Assembly (NCBI GenBank): GCA_024704765.1
Contig: JAKMXF010000066.1
Span: forward strand, 813,854 to 877,853
Direction of reading: 5' to 3'
Length of the DNA: 64,000 nucleotides
Source: Oopsacas minuta
Taxonomy: Eukaryota; Animalia; Porifera
Shown here: positions 24,361 through 53,078 of the stretch, piece by piece
Layout: the number at the start of each line of letters is the position of its first letter
Position numbering within the stretch: the stretch's first letter is position 1
Translations under genes and position numbers: made by a program
The notes under the pieces: generated by a model
What the model was told of the DNA's origin: nothing
Seen by the model: the letters and a program-made list of their open reading frames with translations, nothing else
Database searches by the model: none

Positions 24361-25091
24361 TCCTTTTCATGATATAACAGAAACTTTATCTTAAATTCTA
24401 AAGAAATTTCTTAGAATTGTTCACATTCCATAAGACATCTCGGTTGTCAAGATGTTTTATCTCCTGGTCTGTCTGGTCATTTGTTTGCTATCTTAGCAAC
24501 CGTTTATAGCAATGGAATGTACTTAGTTTCTAAATTATTCCTGTTACAATAATATACAAATTTATGGACCTTATGAGATAATTCTAGGCGGCTGTTCTTA
24601 ACCAATCAAATTGCAAGAAATATCGGCAGATGCTTTTCATTACTTAGACTGACGAATCAAATTGCAGGGATCAAAGCTAATTATTGTAGGCGTATGAATA
24701 TCTATGTTCTATGATCGTAACTATGCACCTGATGGCCTCTAATTAGCCAATAGAAATTGTTTATCCAACTTCAAAGTTAATTTTATCATATACGTATTTA
24801 ATAATTTAATTAGAGATTACTTTTTAAGTTTTTAACACTTTTATAATTCACAATTACGAACTATGAAAACAAATTGGCTGCATTCCAGGCTGTATCTAAG
24901 CAACGGCTGTGGAATGTCGAGGGTTGTTATCTTTCTTATTAACCTATAAAGTTTGGTTAGATTTTCATTGAATGAGATATTCCGAATAGCTTGTATCATC
25001 CGCCCGAAATCCTGGGACATTCCTAAGTCTAGTTTAGTTGCTAATTAGCACATTCTTGTGTAAATTGTGTAATTGATATTTCTATTTTTAG

Positions 25092-28000
25092 GTAGAGCAA
25101 TAAGATTATCAGCTGGGAAGAGATATTCCCCGCCTAAACTAGATCAGCTGGATGTTGATAAGGGATTATTGAGTCTTTGTGAGAGAGGACTCATTCCTCC
25201 TGGATCTAGAATCAGGTAAACAACAACAACTAACCATGGATGATATTTGTTTGTCTTTAAAGGCACTTCAGTTTGCATTTTTTTGGTGCGTTTGAGCTGG
25301 ACATGACACTCAATATATGTTTGAAATTAGTGTTCCTCTCTAATTGCCCAATTCTCTTAGTCTATTGTCCAATTCGGACCCCATTGCCCACTGGTGGACA
25401 ATTTGAGAGGACCTACTGTTTCTGTAACGTGACCTTATCAACAATTATATTATTATTATTATTATTATTTACGAGTGTATTTGTTTACTTTAGTTTACGT
25501 AACACCCCTGTTCGTCCTAAACAGGTCAAACTACATCCATCAACTGACCAACACGTTAAGCCTATTATAGCAGATGTTGATCAATCAGCTGGTCAGCTGG
25601 CTCTTATTAAACTGGCGCCTGAATCTCCTCAAACAGCTGTTCACATGAAAATTCGTTTCAACCAATCAACTAATAGAAATCAAGTAATTTTGTTGTTATA
25701 TTAATTATCGCATAGTTTATGTCACCAAGGACACAATTTTCACACCTACTGACAATGGATTAATATGGAACTAATATGCTTTATAGTTCCAATTTAATCT
25801 ACAATGGATCTATGAGTTATTAGCCAACCAATTTCTTTGTTTAGAATGGTGATTTTATCGATTTGTTTAGGGTCACCAAATATTCATCAATTATGGAACT
25901 AAGAAGCGTGCTAGTTCCAGTCCCCCAATCAAACCTGGATCTAGAGCTACACCTACTAAAACCCAATCTCACGAACTGGTCCTATCAGAGAATTTACAGC
26001 TGTTATACGAGTTTAGTTCCAATTTGAATAAGCCAATGGAACAGATAGAATTACAAGAATCTTACTTACAATTGAAACTATCACATTCAGATAACTGGGG
26101 AAATATTGTGTCGCTTCTCCAACACCTAGTGGGATTCCTCATGAAGCTAGGTGTTACTTATGCCATAATAGTGGCACATGAAGTGGTGGCATTAGCCTAT
26201 AAATATCCTCTTGAAGTTAGACCATCTACAAAATTGTTACTGGAATGCATTGGTAATAGAACTGATGTTGTTGATGAAATGAAGATTGTAGGTAAGTTTG
26301 TTTATTTATACAGAATATATACAAAATAAACAAACATACAAACAAATGCTCTTATAGGTATGAGCTATAAAGTGCCAGGTGGCATGAATAGAGCTGCCAC
26401 TCGCATCCAATCCACCTGGAGGATGTTTGTAGCCCGTCGAAGGTACAAACAAGCCAGACAGCAGAAATGGGCAGCTGGTGTTATTTGTATATCATGGATA
26501 CTAAGAATGAGGATGGTTGGAATTCGTAAAATATTAGCCAATAAAAGAGCGGGGTTTGTTGAACGTTCTAAAAATAGAAATATACAACTTGGAAGAATTT
26601 GGGAAGATTTTCAACATTCTCCACATACCATTGTACATTTACCGTCGTTAGGATGTCATTCTAGTATGCGAGCTGGTATTCGTAATCTGGAACTACGTCA
26701 GAATATTCAGATTTCCCGCCTTTTTGATCTTAGTTCCAGTTCCAATTCCAATATTCTTTACATATCGCCAGTTGAGTGCAAAGAAGAGATATCCGATTAT
26801 TACTTCAATCTTATGTCCATGCAATATGGAACTATAAATAAGAATAGGTTCCAGTCCTTGGTTCCAGATCATATTGTCGATTTTGAGTATAACAAATTGT
26901 CACTCTCAACCGTCTTGAACCATTCGCCACGAACCCTTAGGAGGCTTAAGCACTTGTTACAGGGACAGAACGCATATTTATCAACGGACATACCATCTAT
27001 AGATGATTTCGCCGTTGCTGATTATATAAATGTGCCAATATTGGCCGCTACCCCTGATAAACTGGAACTATTCCACAACAAGAGTTCGTGTCAGAGGATC
27101 ATTGACACAATAGATGTTGATACACCACCTCACACCTCTGATATTTGGAGTGAGAACGCGCTGAACTCAAAACTATCCGATCTCATAATTCTAAATCTAG
27201 ATAACACTAAATGGGTATTCAAGGTAAGTTGTATTAAAATAACCATGGATACAAACATGGTACATTGGAATTATCGATTGGTTCCATATTATTAGTGTCA
27301 ATTACTGACACTTTTTGACGGGACATTATATCCCAATCCGGACAGCTGAACCTACCATAACTACAGAATTTTAGAATGGAATTTGAGTATATTTTCTGTA
27401 GATGAACCATTCAATAGACGCCATGGGTATAGCATATTGTGACGTAACAGAACTATCTTGTTATGAAGTGTTGAAGAGGGATAGACAGAGGTATGCACAT
27501 AATTGGGAGCAGAGATGGGCACATGAATCCTCACAGTCCAAATTACTAATTGAATTACCGTCTTTTTTGTTAAAGAATGTTAAACTGGCAGATCGATCTC
27601 TTCATAGCAACGCTCAGGAATTTTTTGATAATTTTTTTCAATATGGAGGTAAACTGTTTGTTTGTTTGTTTGTTTGTTTGTTGTTTGTTGTTTATATATA
27701 TTTGTTTACCACTAGGAACAATTGAAGCAATGCCTCCAGTAGCTAACTACACTGCTTTAACAATCAATCTATTTATAGCACCAACTGGAACTATAGAATT
27801 AATTAGTTCCGGTGACCAAATCCTATCCTCTCCCTTTAAAGTATGGGGTGTCTCTCTCCCTCAGACCTCTGTGAACCCAATTGATCTCCAAAAATTGATA
27901 CAAACCATTTCCGACACAATTCTAACACATGAAATAATTGGACCCGTTAATTTCGATTTAATCACATTCTTTCAAGGTGACAAACAAGTCACATGGCTCA

Positions 28001-28455
28001 CGGGTATAAAATTGTGTCCGTCAAACTATGTAGGCTTAGTTAAAATGCTAAATTGTATCAGTGACGGCCACTTCGACACAAAATCAGGCCACTATCTATG
28101 CCACATCGAGGAAAATACTGTCCCGAAATATGCTGTACTTTCAAATATGTTAAAACACAGCAATCTGGCTCTAATTCGATATTCAGTTCTGTTTCAGATG
28201 TTTAAAGCACAAGGAATTGTTTACAAAACCGACACCAAAAATGGGACAGTATTTGGGCTAATTGACGATGTAAACAGGCGCCAAATTGGGATGGTTGTCC
28301 AATCAGATTCTTTGGAAGAAGCGTTGCTAACCACTTCAAGGAATTTAAGGGTTATTCATCAGGAAATATCTACGGTTGCTATGCAAGGACATAATAATTT
28401 TGATGACGTCATAATTCAGGTGAGGAACATATTACACGAAATATCCACTAGCTAA
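25092..28455 (+). CDS. IQCH: IQ-motif-containing protein H, multi-exon; 5' end unresolved
   Basis: KGLLSLCERGLIPP; AATRIQSTWR..RQQKWAAGVI; HTIVHLPSLG; SPRTLRRLKHLL; DDFAVAD match recalled IQCH. GT-AG introns at several joins. Confidence 0.85.
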
Positions 28456-28694
28456 TTGTTGTTATTTACTTGTTTACTACATATTATTATTATTATTTAT
28501 CACTTGTTTGTTTGTCTCATATTGGAACTAATTAATCGTGTACATGGCCAACCCGAATTTTACGAAGAATTTGCAGATGCTATTCATTGTATTATGTTTA
28601 GTTCCATATGCTAAACATTATTTACAAAATATTAAAGGGAATTGATCACTTTCTGCCACTTTCAACTAGATACATAAAATTAGCAAATACTTCA

Positions 28695-29785
28695 ATGAAT
28701 GCATTACTACTAGTTACCCTAGTAACGTATATGGTATGTTGCAATGCTAGTTCTAGTTACATATTCACGACATCCTTGAGTGACATAACAGCTAGTGTCG
28801 GAGATACGATAGAGTTTTATTGTCGACTTAACACCTCACCTCAAAATGAGAGTCTCCATAAATACATTGTGTGGAGTATTGATGGGATTATCTCTGAATC
28901 TGATAGCACTGATGGGAATTTTGTAATAGGTAAGTTTTGTAAATTTTGTGGCAAACCACCACCCGCATTTAGGCGCCAAGTTTGGGTACCACAAGATTTT
29001 GTTTCCTAAAACATGCTCCAATGGGTTGTGGGTAATTAACCATGGATGGCGGATTTATTTTATCTGCTTGGATGTCATTTTGAGGGAGTTTTGTGTCTAT
29101 AGCAAACTCCTGGTATAACGAAGTGATTCTTTACTCTCTATTATCCGCTTATAACGAGTATATCAATCCGCCATCCATGATTAATTATCTACTTAGCATA
29201 TTGAACTGTTTCTAGGCGCGAAAATATAGCATCCAACATTCCAATCGGTAACTATAGCAACAACATAAACCGGAACAGACTATTAATTATATATTCTATC
29301 TGTTAGATTCAGTTACGGAGGAGTATAACAATAGCATCGTACAATGCTCATTTTTCTCCTCACACACCTCTGCAGCTAAGCTTATTCTGATTGGTCGTCC
29401 TGACGCGCCAGTTCTAAATATAGTAACATTTACCGCCAAATCTGTTACTATTAATATCGATGTGGGAAATACACGCGGATCTCCTATTTCAGAGATTAGA
29501 ATTTCTTTTCCTAATAAAGTTGATAACTTTTCGATTAATCCGCCTTCATGGTCGAATTTTAATTATGTAATAGGTGGTCTCAAAAGTGGCACATATTATG
29601 GCATATCGGTTAGGTGTTGGAATGGGTTTGGGTGGTCGCAAAGGACAATAATTGGAGTGTTAACTCAAATGACAGTTCCAACCACAACGATATATAATGA
29701 AAATACAGCTGAGCCTGCATCACATGCTAATTGTTTGTTACCCAGATTTTATTTACTCTTTTTGTTTATTTTCGCGCTATTTTGA
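28695..29785 (+). CDS. Secreted/GPI-type Ig-like + fibronectin type III protein, multi-exon
   Basis: Signal peptide MNALLLVTLV..; Ig-like ITASVGDTIEFYC..IVW; FN3 GRPDAP..GLKSGTYYGISVRCWNGFGWS; C-terminal hydrophobic tail. Middle exon inferred near 29217-29250. Confidence 0.65.
29033..29187. mobile_element. 155-bp MITE in an intron; relatives at ~43738-43982 and ~57488-57540
   Basis: TIR taattaaccatggatggcggatt ... aatccgccatccatgattaatta. Confidence 0.8.
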
Positions 29786-30150
29786 GCTAATTTGTGATCA
29801 CATAGAAAATACTAAATTCTTAGAAATGGAACTATCACTTATAAAATTTTGATATTTGTTGTTATTGATTTTAATCATATTTGTTTTATTTTGATTTAAC
29901 ACTTTCTGCCTCTTCCCTTGGTTACGAATCTTGATTAAGGTATGTCTTAATACACAAATATTTTATTTATCATTTTCATTAATATAATTAAGACATCACA
30001 CGTAGTTAATACTTGTTTTGTCCAGTTTTATGACACATTTGGAAGTGGCATTGCTCCACTTTTTTCGTCAGGACACATTTTCAAATATGCTAGTTTGGTA
30101 TTTATTAATATACTCTAGTATTAGTTTAGAAAATATTCGTACATTCCAAG

Positions 30151-30507
30151 ATGGGTGAAGATTTTCTATGGGCAGTAAAGAATGGGGATATTGATAAAGT
30201 TATCACAATAGTAGGTGATAATATTATTGATATAAACGCAGACATTTCAGGCGGGAGAGCTGCTATTCATTTTGCTAGCGATTACGGACAGAAAGACGTT
30301 TGTGAATATTTGCTATCAAAGGGGGCAGACGTGAACAAAGTCGACAAACACGGGATCACTCCTCTCCTAGCCGCTATCTGGGAAGGACACTTAGAAGTGT
30401 GTGAACTGTTGATTGCTAAGGGTGCACAGAAAAATGGGACAACACCGGATGGCGCTACTTATAATGACTCTACGGATAACGAAGGGATAAAAGCTCTACT
30501 CAAATAA
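30151..30507 (+). CDS. MTPN: Myotrophin/V-1, single exon
   Basis: 118 aa: FLWAVKNGD..GGRAAIHFASDYGQ..DKHGITPLLAAIWEGH..PDG..TDNEGIKALL. Confidence 0.93.
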   Translation: MGEDFLWAVKNGDIDKVITIVGDNIIDINADISGGRAAIHFASDYGQKDVCEYLLSKGADVNKVDKHGITPLLAAIWEGHLEVCELLIAKGAQKNGTTPDGATYNDSTDNEGIKALLK

Positions 30508-30633
30508 TGTTTGTTTGTTTGTTTGTGTATTTAGTTTGCTGGATTGTTCAATAGACTGTTATGATATGAAATATGTTAAATAACGCTCCCCAAGGACCAC
30601 CAAGGTTAATCATATAGTTAGTTGCTTCGTTGG

Positions 30634-30765
30634 TAGAGACGTTAAAGTAATTCCAAACAGCATTTTAGTGCTAGACATGAGTCCAAATTGTGTCCAATTC
30701 TTCTCTAGAAGTGGACACATAATAAACTCGTGTGTTACTCAGAGGTTGGTGAGATGGTTTATGAC
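30634..30765 (+). pseudogene. Internal fragment of the NHL gene family
   Basis: agagacgttaaagta..gtgctagac..agtccaaattgtgtcc..ttctctagaagtggacac..ataaactcgtgtgttactc matches the NHL copies; no start or promoter. Confidence 0.8.
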
Positions 30766-30920
30766 ACTACCATTCGTTTATTGTAATTCCGTTTCCAGAA
30801 GTTCGCCGTTATTGAGGTTACACATCTCTAACTCAATCATTTATTATTTCTATAAATTCTATCGAATATTTGTAAATAAAATTCGTTGCCATTGAAATAT
30901 TCTAAATTTAGCTACATAAT

Positions 30921-46715
<15,795 letters not shown>

Positions 46716-46933
46716 CTCTCAAAATAAACAATACTAACAATAACAATTAGCTTAATATATAAGCATCAATGGTTGCTATAGTCTATCTCATGAAGATACA
46801 TAAATATTAATAATATAACACCTTCACTAATTGTATTATAATATCTTAACAGCAAACATGAATAGATAAACACAAACAAGCTATGAATTAAAACAGTCAA
46901 CATATAGATTCATATCATGAAACTAATTCACAC

Positions 46934-49900
46934 CTAATCATTCCTCTTCATAAATATCTTACAGAGCGCATCAGCACCAGCTGAAGCAAAATAAGAAAGT
47001 GTTGGATGGAATTTGGCGTCGAATATTCCTTGATCGAACTTATTCCAGTGGGTGGAGATCTCTTGTATACAAGATTTGGAGTGATAATCCCATAGACGGA
47101 GCGACCTATCGTGACCTATGATACCAAATAATAATATAAAAGGGTACGAAATTGTCCAATATAGGACTGAATTGGACCAGGAGACAACTATGGGTGTAAT
47201 TATAACTATATTACCGCTAGTTAGTACGAATAGTCCTTGAGGATCAATATCCAGACCAGTCACTGCATCTTGATGTGCTATCATTGAATGGATTACCTCT
47301 CCTAATGATAAACAAATAAACAAACAAACAAACAAACAAACAAACATATATACCCGTTTTGTAATCAAAGAAGTTTATTTGTTTATCTTCGTGTGCTGTT
47401 ATGATTACAGGTGAAGTTGGATGGGAGACTACTCTGTTGATTTGAGTACCTTGAGTACCATCTGTATATATATAGAGAGAGGATATATGATTAATCATAA
47501 TTTAACACCTTTTTTGATATCATTAAACAATTAAAATATTTGTAAACTTGAGAATACCAATTGACATCAATGGTTGCTATGGTAATTATCAAGTTATGCA
47601 ATTCGTAATTATATTAATAACACCTTACCGTATGATTCATAGCTCTTAACATCAGTAACAAGCTTCTCAGTATTTATATCAAATACAGCTGTCCTTGCAT
47701 TAGCATAGGAAACTGCTAGGAGATTAGTGTCAGTAGAGATTACACAGATTGAAGTGGGTTGGAAGTTTTCTATAAATAGTGAAGGAGATCCCGATTAATA
47801 GAGACACCGGTTGATCGGTCAGTTGTACAGATACAGAACCATACAAAGTGTTAAACTACACCGGTTAATCGGGTCAAATGGCCTCTGGTACAGAGGTTAC
47901 TTTCAGTTTTACGAACACCTTAGTCCGGTCCCTGATAGTTTGGATAATCGGGGTTGCAATGTATTGTGTTTATCCTTGTCAGGGTGCCTTAAAAATTTTA
48001 GACCCGTAAAAAGTGCCACACTAGAAAATGCTAGATGAACCCCTGCTCCCAATGGACCCCTGTCCGGATTATCATACCTCCATTTTCAGCTAGAACAAAT
48101 TCTGCTACATTGAATGGTTTCCATAGCTTGACTACGCCATCAGCTCCCGCAGATATCAAGAGGTCCTGTGTAGGATGTACTACTAGGTCCCATATAGCAT
48201 TCTGATGTCCTACTGTTATCTCCTCTAACAGCTGAGGGTCGTATTCATCAAAAGGCGCCAAAGAAGTGTTGAGATTCCATGTACATATATTACCTACATA
48301 TTATATTGGTTACCATGGAGATATTACAAATATGTTACTCTACTAACCGTTAACATCTCCCGTATAGAACTTAGGGGTCAACTTGCTTATAGCTAGACTA
48401 ACTATTGGACATTCATGGGCTCTGAAAGTGTGAACTGGTTCCAGATCTAACACCCCAGGTTTCTTGGAAACATTCAAACCAGTTTTAGTATCAAAATTCC
48501 ATAGTTTCACAGTTGTGTCTTCACTCGCTGTTAAAAGAAAAGATTCTGAAGGATGAAATTCCAAAGTAGTCACAGAATCATAGTGGCTAAAAATAGAATT
48601 AATAAATTACTTAGTTACAAGTTTGGTATTATGGAATTATTCTAAACCTTTGTAAGCTATATCTCTGTTCCCACATCTTACGAGTTACATCTTCAAATCC
48701 TGCCTATAACAAACAAACACGTGTATAATTATATATCTGTAACATGAATAATTTCTCACCTCCATGTCTAGATCTGCTTTTACTGATATCATTGCTAGAG
48801 GTCCGTATAGATCTTTGTCCTTAGCAGCATCTCCGAGACCTTGGAATGGCTGGAATGCTTCCTGTGAGTCTCTCTCATTACTGGATCCTTTCTCACCCTC
48901 TGTGATACCAGAGGATATAACTGACTATAATAGTAACAAATTAATTAACAGTGTCAAATAGGTGTCAAGAGATATATATATATATACCCTCCAATCTGAT
49001 AGGTTAACACATGTATCACCTTATTAGAGATAATATAATATATTAACACCTGTTGAGTTAATGTATCAGTGTCAAATACTGCTTCATCGTCCTGAAGCAC
49101 TGTCTTCATATTATTCATCTCTTCTCTCGATGGTCCTAAAAATAGACCAATATTATAATCCCCTGTCCAATCACAAGGAGGTAGTCCTCCCAAGGTGTGA
49201 GGATAGATTTGACCCCTATACCCTGGGGGTGAGGTACAGGAGATCATTACTAACTATTTTTCTTTTGTTTTCTTGCTTCAGTATTTTTTCTCAGCTGATC
49301 TTTCATAGTTTCAATTTCACCTGGTAGGAGACCTTCACTCCATCTGTTCTCCTACACACACACACACACACATAATCTACTCAGTATACTATCTGTCCTG
49401 TGCTACTAACCTCAGCTGATTTGTCTTTAGTAGTACTCACTAATTAATGTATATTAATTAAGTTAAAAGAGGATAGCAGTCAATTCCTGTTATATCTAAG
49501 CTCAAGGGACTGTGATAATCATCTCGATATAAGCGGGTATTCCGGTATATCCGTGTTAGATATAACAGGAGTTGATTGTATGTAATTAACAGTTCTTACA
49601 TTCTGTTTGTTGAGGTTGTGTATCAGGTCCGTAAGTGTTGAGGAAAGATTTCAATTTCTTAGTCTGTTTAGCTCTCTCGAAGGAAGCTTCATCTTCATCA
49701 TCAGCTGAGCTACCGTCATCATCCGAATTGGCGCTTTCCTACACATACCAAACATAAAATCAGGTTACTAGCGGGTGTAGCAAAATACCAACGAGGTAAC
49801 CATGGAAACTGGGACATAACACGTCACAGAAGCACGTTAGAGGAGTTCGCGAATATATTCATGCACCATATAAATATATGAATGTATTTCTCACACCTGT

Positions 49901-52650
49901 GTTGTTAAGAAGCTGAACTCTTCAAATGCTTTTGCTACATCTTGGTCTCCAGCGTGAGGAGGTGCTTCCTTTCCTAACGTATCTTCTGTGTGTCTAAAAA
50001 TAGAACAAATATATGTAAATATTATGGTTCAGACACTTCGAATATAAATAATATGATATTTAATACTAAACATATATTGGCTACATACAAATAGACTGGA
50101 TACAGTTATTCATGGTTGTAGTGTGTCTACTACAATTCTCTACCATCTCCGCCACTTTTAACACCTCATAATCCCTTCCCATTCCTCCCACAATCTGTAA
50201 TCCTAGAGGCATAGCTCTAGCAGATAGGCCAATTGGTATACTAACAGCTGGGAGTCCTGCTAAGCTGGGCACAACTAGGAACTGATCTAATTGGCTCGCG
50301 GTGACAGGTCCCATTTTATTGATATGGTCCCGTGTTGGTGCCTCTCCTGAAGCAGTGGGTGTGATAATGACATCACAACCTTTAGGATTAGTTTCAGTTC
50401 TGAATAGAGATGATATTTGACGTGACAATAAACCACGCATACGTGTAGCCTGTTCGAATATATGTTTACCTTTTGACGTAGACAAGTGTGTACCAAGGAT
50501 TATCCGGTGCTTAACAATAGCCCCCAATGAATAGCTCCGTGTATCGCTTATAAACTCATCAGCTAGGTTATAACTAGAACTATTTACGCTCTTAGTTCCA
50601 TAAACAAGTCCATTATATCTTGCCATATTAGATGCTACTTCTACAGCACATAATGTATTGTAGGTTGCTATTGAATATTCTATATGAGGAATCTGTATAT
50701 TATGGTGGATGACGTCATAATTTGATACTAGATCTTCCACCGCTTCCATAAACCGTAATTTCATACATTCTTCTATAGTATCATCGTTGCTAGGGAGATA
50801 TATTCCTACACTGAGAGGCGTGTTGCTATGGTTACTCTCAGGAATGTTGATAGAGGTTGGATCGAGAGGATCTATCCCTTTCACAATTCTAAATACTTTC
50901 GTAATGTCTTGAATATTTCTGGCTAGAATTCCAGGGCAATCCATCGAGCATACCAATGGTACAATTCCGTATCTACTCAGAGCTCCGTAGCTAGGTTTAA
51001 ATCCTACTATCCCACAGTAAGCGGCTGGTAATCTCACGGATCCTGATGTGTCAGATCCAAGCGCTGAGTCAGATTGTCCAGTTAGGACTGCTACTGCTGA
51101 ACCCCCGGATGACCCCCCTGGTACCCTGGGGTACCTGAGGGGGACATCTGTCTCCCCCTTAACTTCTCCCCAGGGGTTGTAACACGGTCCGAAATGGGAG
51201 TGGATATTAGCAACTCCCATAGCAAACTCATCCATATTACAGTGACCAATCAGATTGCCACCAGCTGCTAGAATACGCGCCACAACTGTAGATGTATAAA
51301 TAGGCTTAAAATCAGAGAGAAAAGCAGACGCGCATGTCATTGGTTGGTTCTTAACAGCGAAATTATCTTTGACTGAGAATACCATATGTTCTAAGGGTCT
51401 ATTTATAGATGAGGGGCTGTATTCTGTTATAACGTCACTGGATTTGTATGCCCGTATGAATGCATTGAGATGACGTAATTTGTTTACTTGTAGGAAATGT
51501 GTCATGTAGCTATTATTAATAAACAACAAATTAAGAGTAAACAACCATAATTATTTATCACCTAGCAACGCAAGGAATGTCATAAATCCATGGTTCGTAT
51601 AATTCTACAAATATTTACTCACATAAATTCATTGGAATCATCATCATCTCCATCTAGTCCTGGTCTGCTGGGTCTGGGGGGTATGTCTGACGAATCATCG
51701 AATGTAGTTACAGGATCCCCCAGGGGTACCTCACTGAGAATCACCTCACTTTCCTGTAAACAACAATAAATACAAAACAAATAAAAATATAAACAAATAC
51801 CTTGAAAGCATCATGTTCATTACTCTGATTTTCTTGAAGGAATACAACTTCTGTCTCCGATAAAGGCTCAGGATAACTTCTCACGTTCTTAACCTTAGCT
51901 CTAGCCTCCAGTACTCCCTCTGTATAACCCAGCTCCCTCAGGTACCTGTTGTGAAATGGAACTATAAGGTGTTTGTATCGATAAGTGTGTCATATATAAT
52001 ACACATTCCTATCTCTATTATTGGAACTAACTGTCTAAGTACGTTCCTTCCTTCTGTTAGATTAGTGCTAGATGATATTATATCAGGTTCTAAACGATTA
52101 AATAAATAGTTAAACGAACATCTAAACTATTAAATTAACAGTAACAACCTGATTCAAACTCTATTTTATTATCTGGGAGAATTAGATCAGTTCCGTGAAC
52201 AAGTTTATGATTCTTTGATCTTTAAATATAAACAAAAGGTGTGAAAATATGTAACTTTATAATATGATGACTAACCTTTCTTGTTTCAGTGCAAACTCCA
52301 GCATTTTAATTCTCCTAATTAGGTCTCTTTTCAAATTTTCATGTCCCTTCCTCTGTCCATTAAGGAATGCAATCTTTGACTAGAATAAACAAACAAACAA
52401 AAGTAAACAGCCTGGAACTAATTTTTAATTGGAATTAACACTAAATAGTTAATTAGTTCCAATAACATACCTGTAACTCTACTTTCTCTAGCTCCCAGCT
52501 AGATCTCTCCCTCTCGAATCTTACCCATTCAGATTTTAGGAAATGCAGTACTCCAGGAATGTTGTATGAACTCTCTGACCCAGGGGGAGGAGGAGGAGCC
52601 TGTCCATTGAGGGATACCTGTACCCCTGCCATACCAACTGGTATATCCAT
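46934..52650 (-). CDS. STRN: Striatin family protein (STRN/STRN3), multi-exon
   Basis: YNIPGVLHFLKSEWVRFERERSSWELEKVELQ..KIAFL..RRIKMLEFALKQE N-terminus; WD40 C-terminus ending FHPTLSYFASAGADAL. Confidence 0.92.
47541..47587 (-). repeat. Solo 5' end of the NHL cassette in a striatin intron
   Basis: Reverse complement aattaccatagcaaccattgatgtcaattggtattctcaagtttaca matches the cassette start; no NHL coding sequence follows. Confidence 0.85.
49477..49578. mobile_element. Tc1/mariner-like MITE; shorter relative at 63150-63203
   Basis: TIR cagtcaattcctgttatatctaa / ttagatataacaggagttgattg; the 63150 copy has TA on both sides. Confidence 0.75.
50081..51505 (-). CDS. QRSL1: Mitochondrial glutamyl-tRNA(Gln) amidotransferase subunit A, single exon, nested in striatin intron 49994-51622
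   Basis: Amidase signature: VKDNF, NMDEFAMG, PGGSSGGSAVAV, LGSDTSGSVRLPAAYCG, SNMARY. First ATG at 51505. Confidence 0.93.
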   Translation of the reverse strand: MTHFLQVNKLRHLNAFIRAYKSSDVITEYSPSSINRPLEHMVFSVKDNFAVKNQPMTCASAFLSDFKPIYTSTVVARILAAGGNLIGHCNMDEFAMGVANIHSHFGPCYNPWGEVKGETDVPLRYPRVPGGSSGGSAVAVLTGQSDSALGSDTSGSVRLPAAYCGIVGFKPSYGALSRYGIVPLVCSMDCPGILARNIQDITKVFRIVKGIDPLDPTSINIPESNHSNTPLSVGIYLPSNDDTIEECMKLRFMEAVEDLVSNYDVIHHNIQIPHIEYSIATYNTLCAVEVASNMARYNGLVYGTKSVNSSSYNLADEFISDTRSYSLGAIVKHRIILGTHLSTSKGKHIFEQATRMRGLLSRQISSLFRTETNPKGCDVIITPTASGEAPTRDHINKMGPVTASQLDQFLVVPSLAGLPAVSIPIGLSARAMPLGLQIVGGMGRDYEVLKVAEMVENCSRHTTTMNNCIQSICM

Positions 52651-52704
52651 ATAATAGCACTAATTAGTAAATAAATATACAGCTATAGTATACATGTATA
52701 ATCC

Positions 52705-52758
52705 TTTACCATGGCAACCATGAAGTATGTTCCTTTGGAATTATGTTACTATGGCAAC
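52705..52758. promoter_or_regulatory. Two RFX X-box-like motifs in a 428-bp divergent intergenic region
   Basis: TTTACCATGGCAAC (52705-52718) and GTTACTATGGCAAC (52745-52758), with CCAAT at ~52775, between striatin (-) and the 53079 gene (+). Confidence 0.55.
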
Positions 52759-53078
52759 GAGTCTCTTTTATAACCAATAGTGTGTGCCTAGTTGACTAAT
52801 TGGTAACTATTCTATACGTAACAACCCTTCTGGACCCTTGGAATGCCCTGGGATTTACTTGATACCTTGGTGGTAATAAATTTATCAACTAAGCTCACGG
52901 ATATGCTCTTACTCAGGACGATTTTTGTATAGAAATTGGGGAAGATAGATATCAAAGAGTAGAACCTACTTGTAATTGGTATTTGTTATCTCTTCTGGAA
53001 GAATTCTTTAATTAAATTAGTTTCTATTATTTATCAAATTTGTTTCTATTCTTTTAATATTTATTATTTGTTATAGCT

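Noticed and set aside
50081-51544. QRSL1 as a bacterial gatA contaminant or recent horizontal transfer
   Set aside because: It is embedded between phase-compatible striatin exons, has host-like composition and an N-terminal extension, and has no gatB/gatC neighbours.
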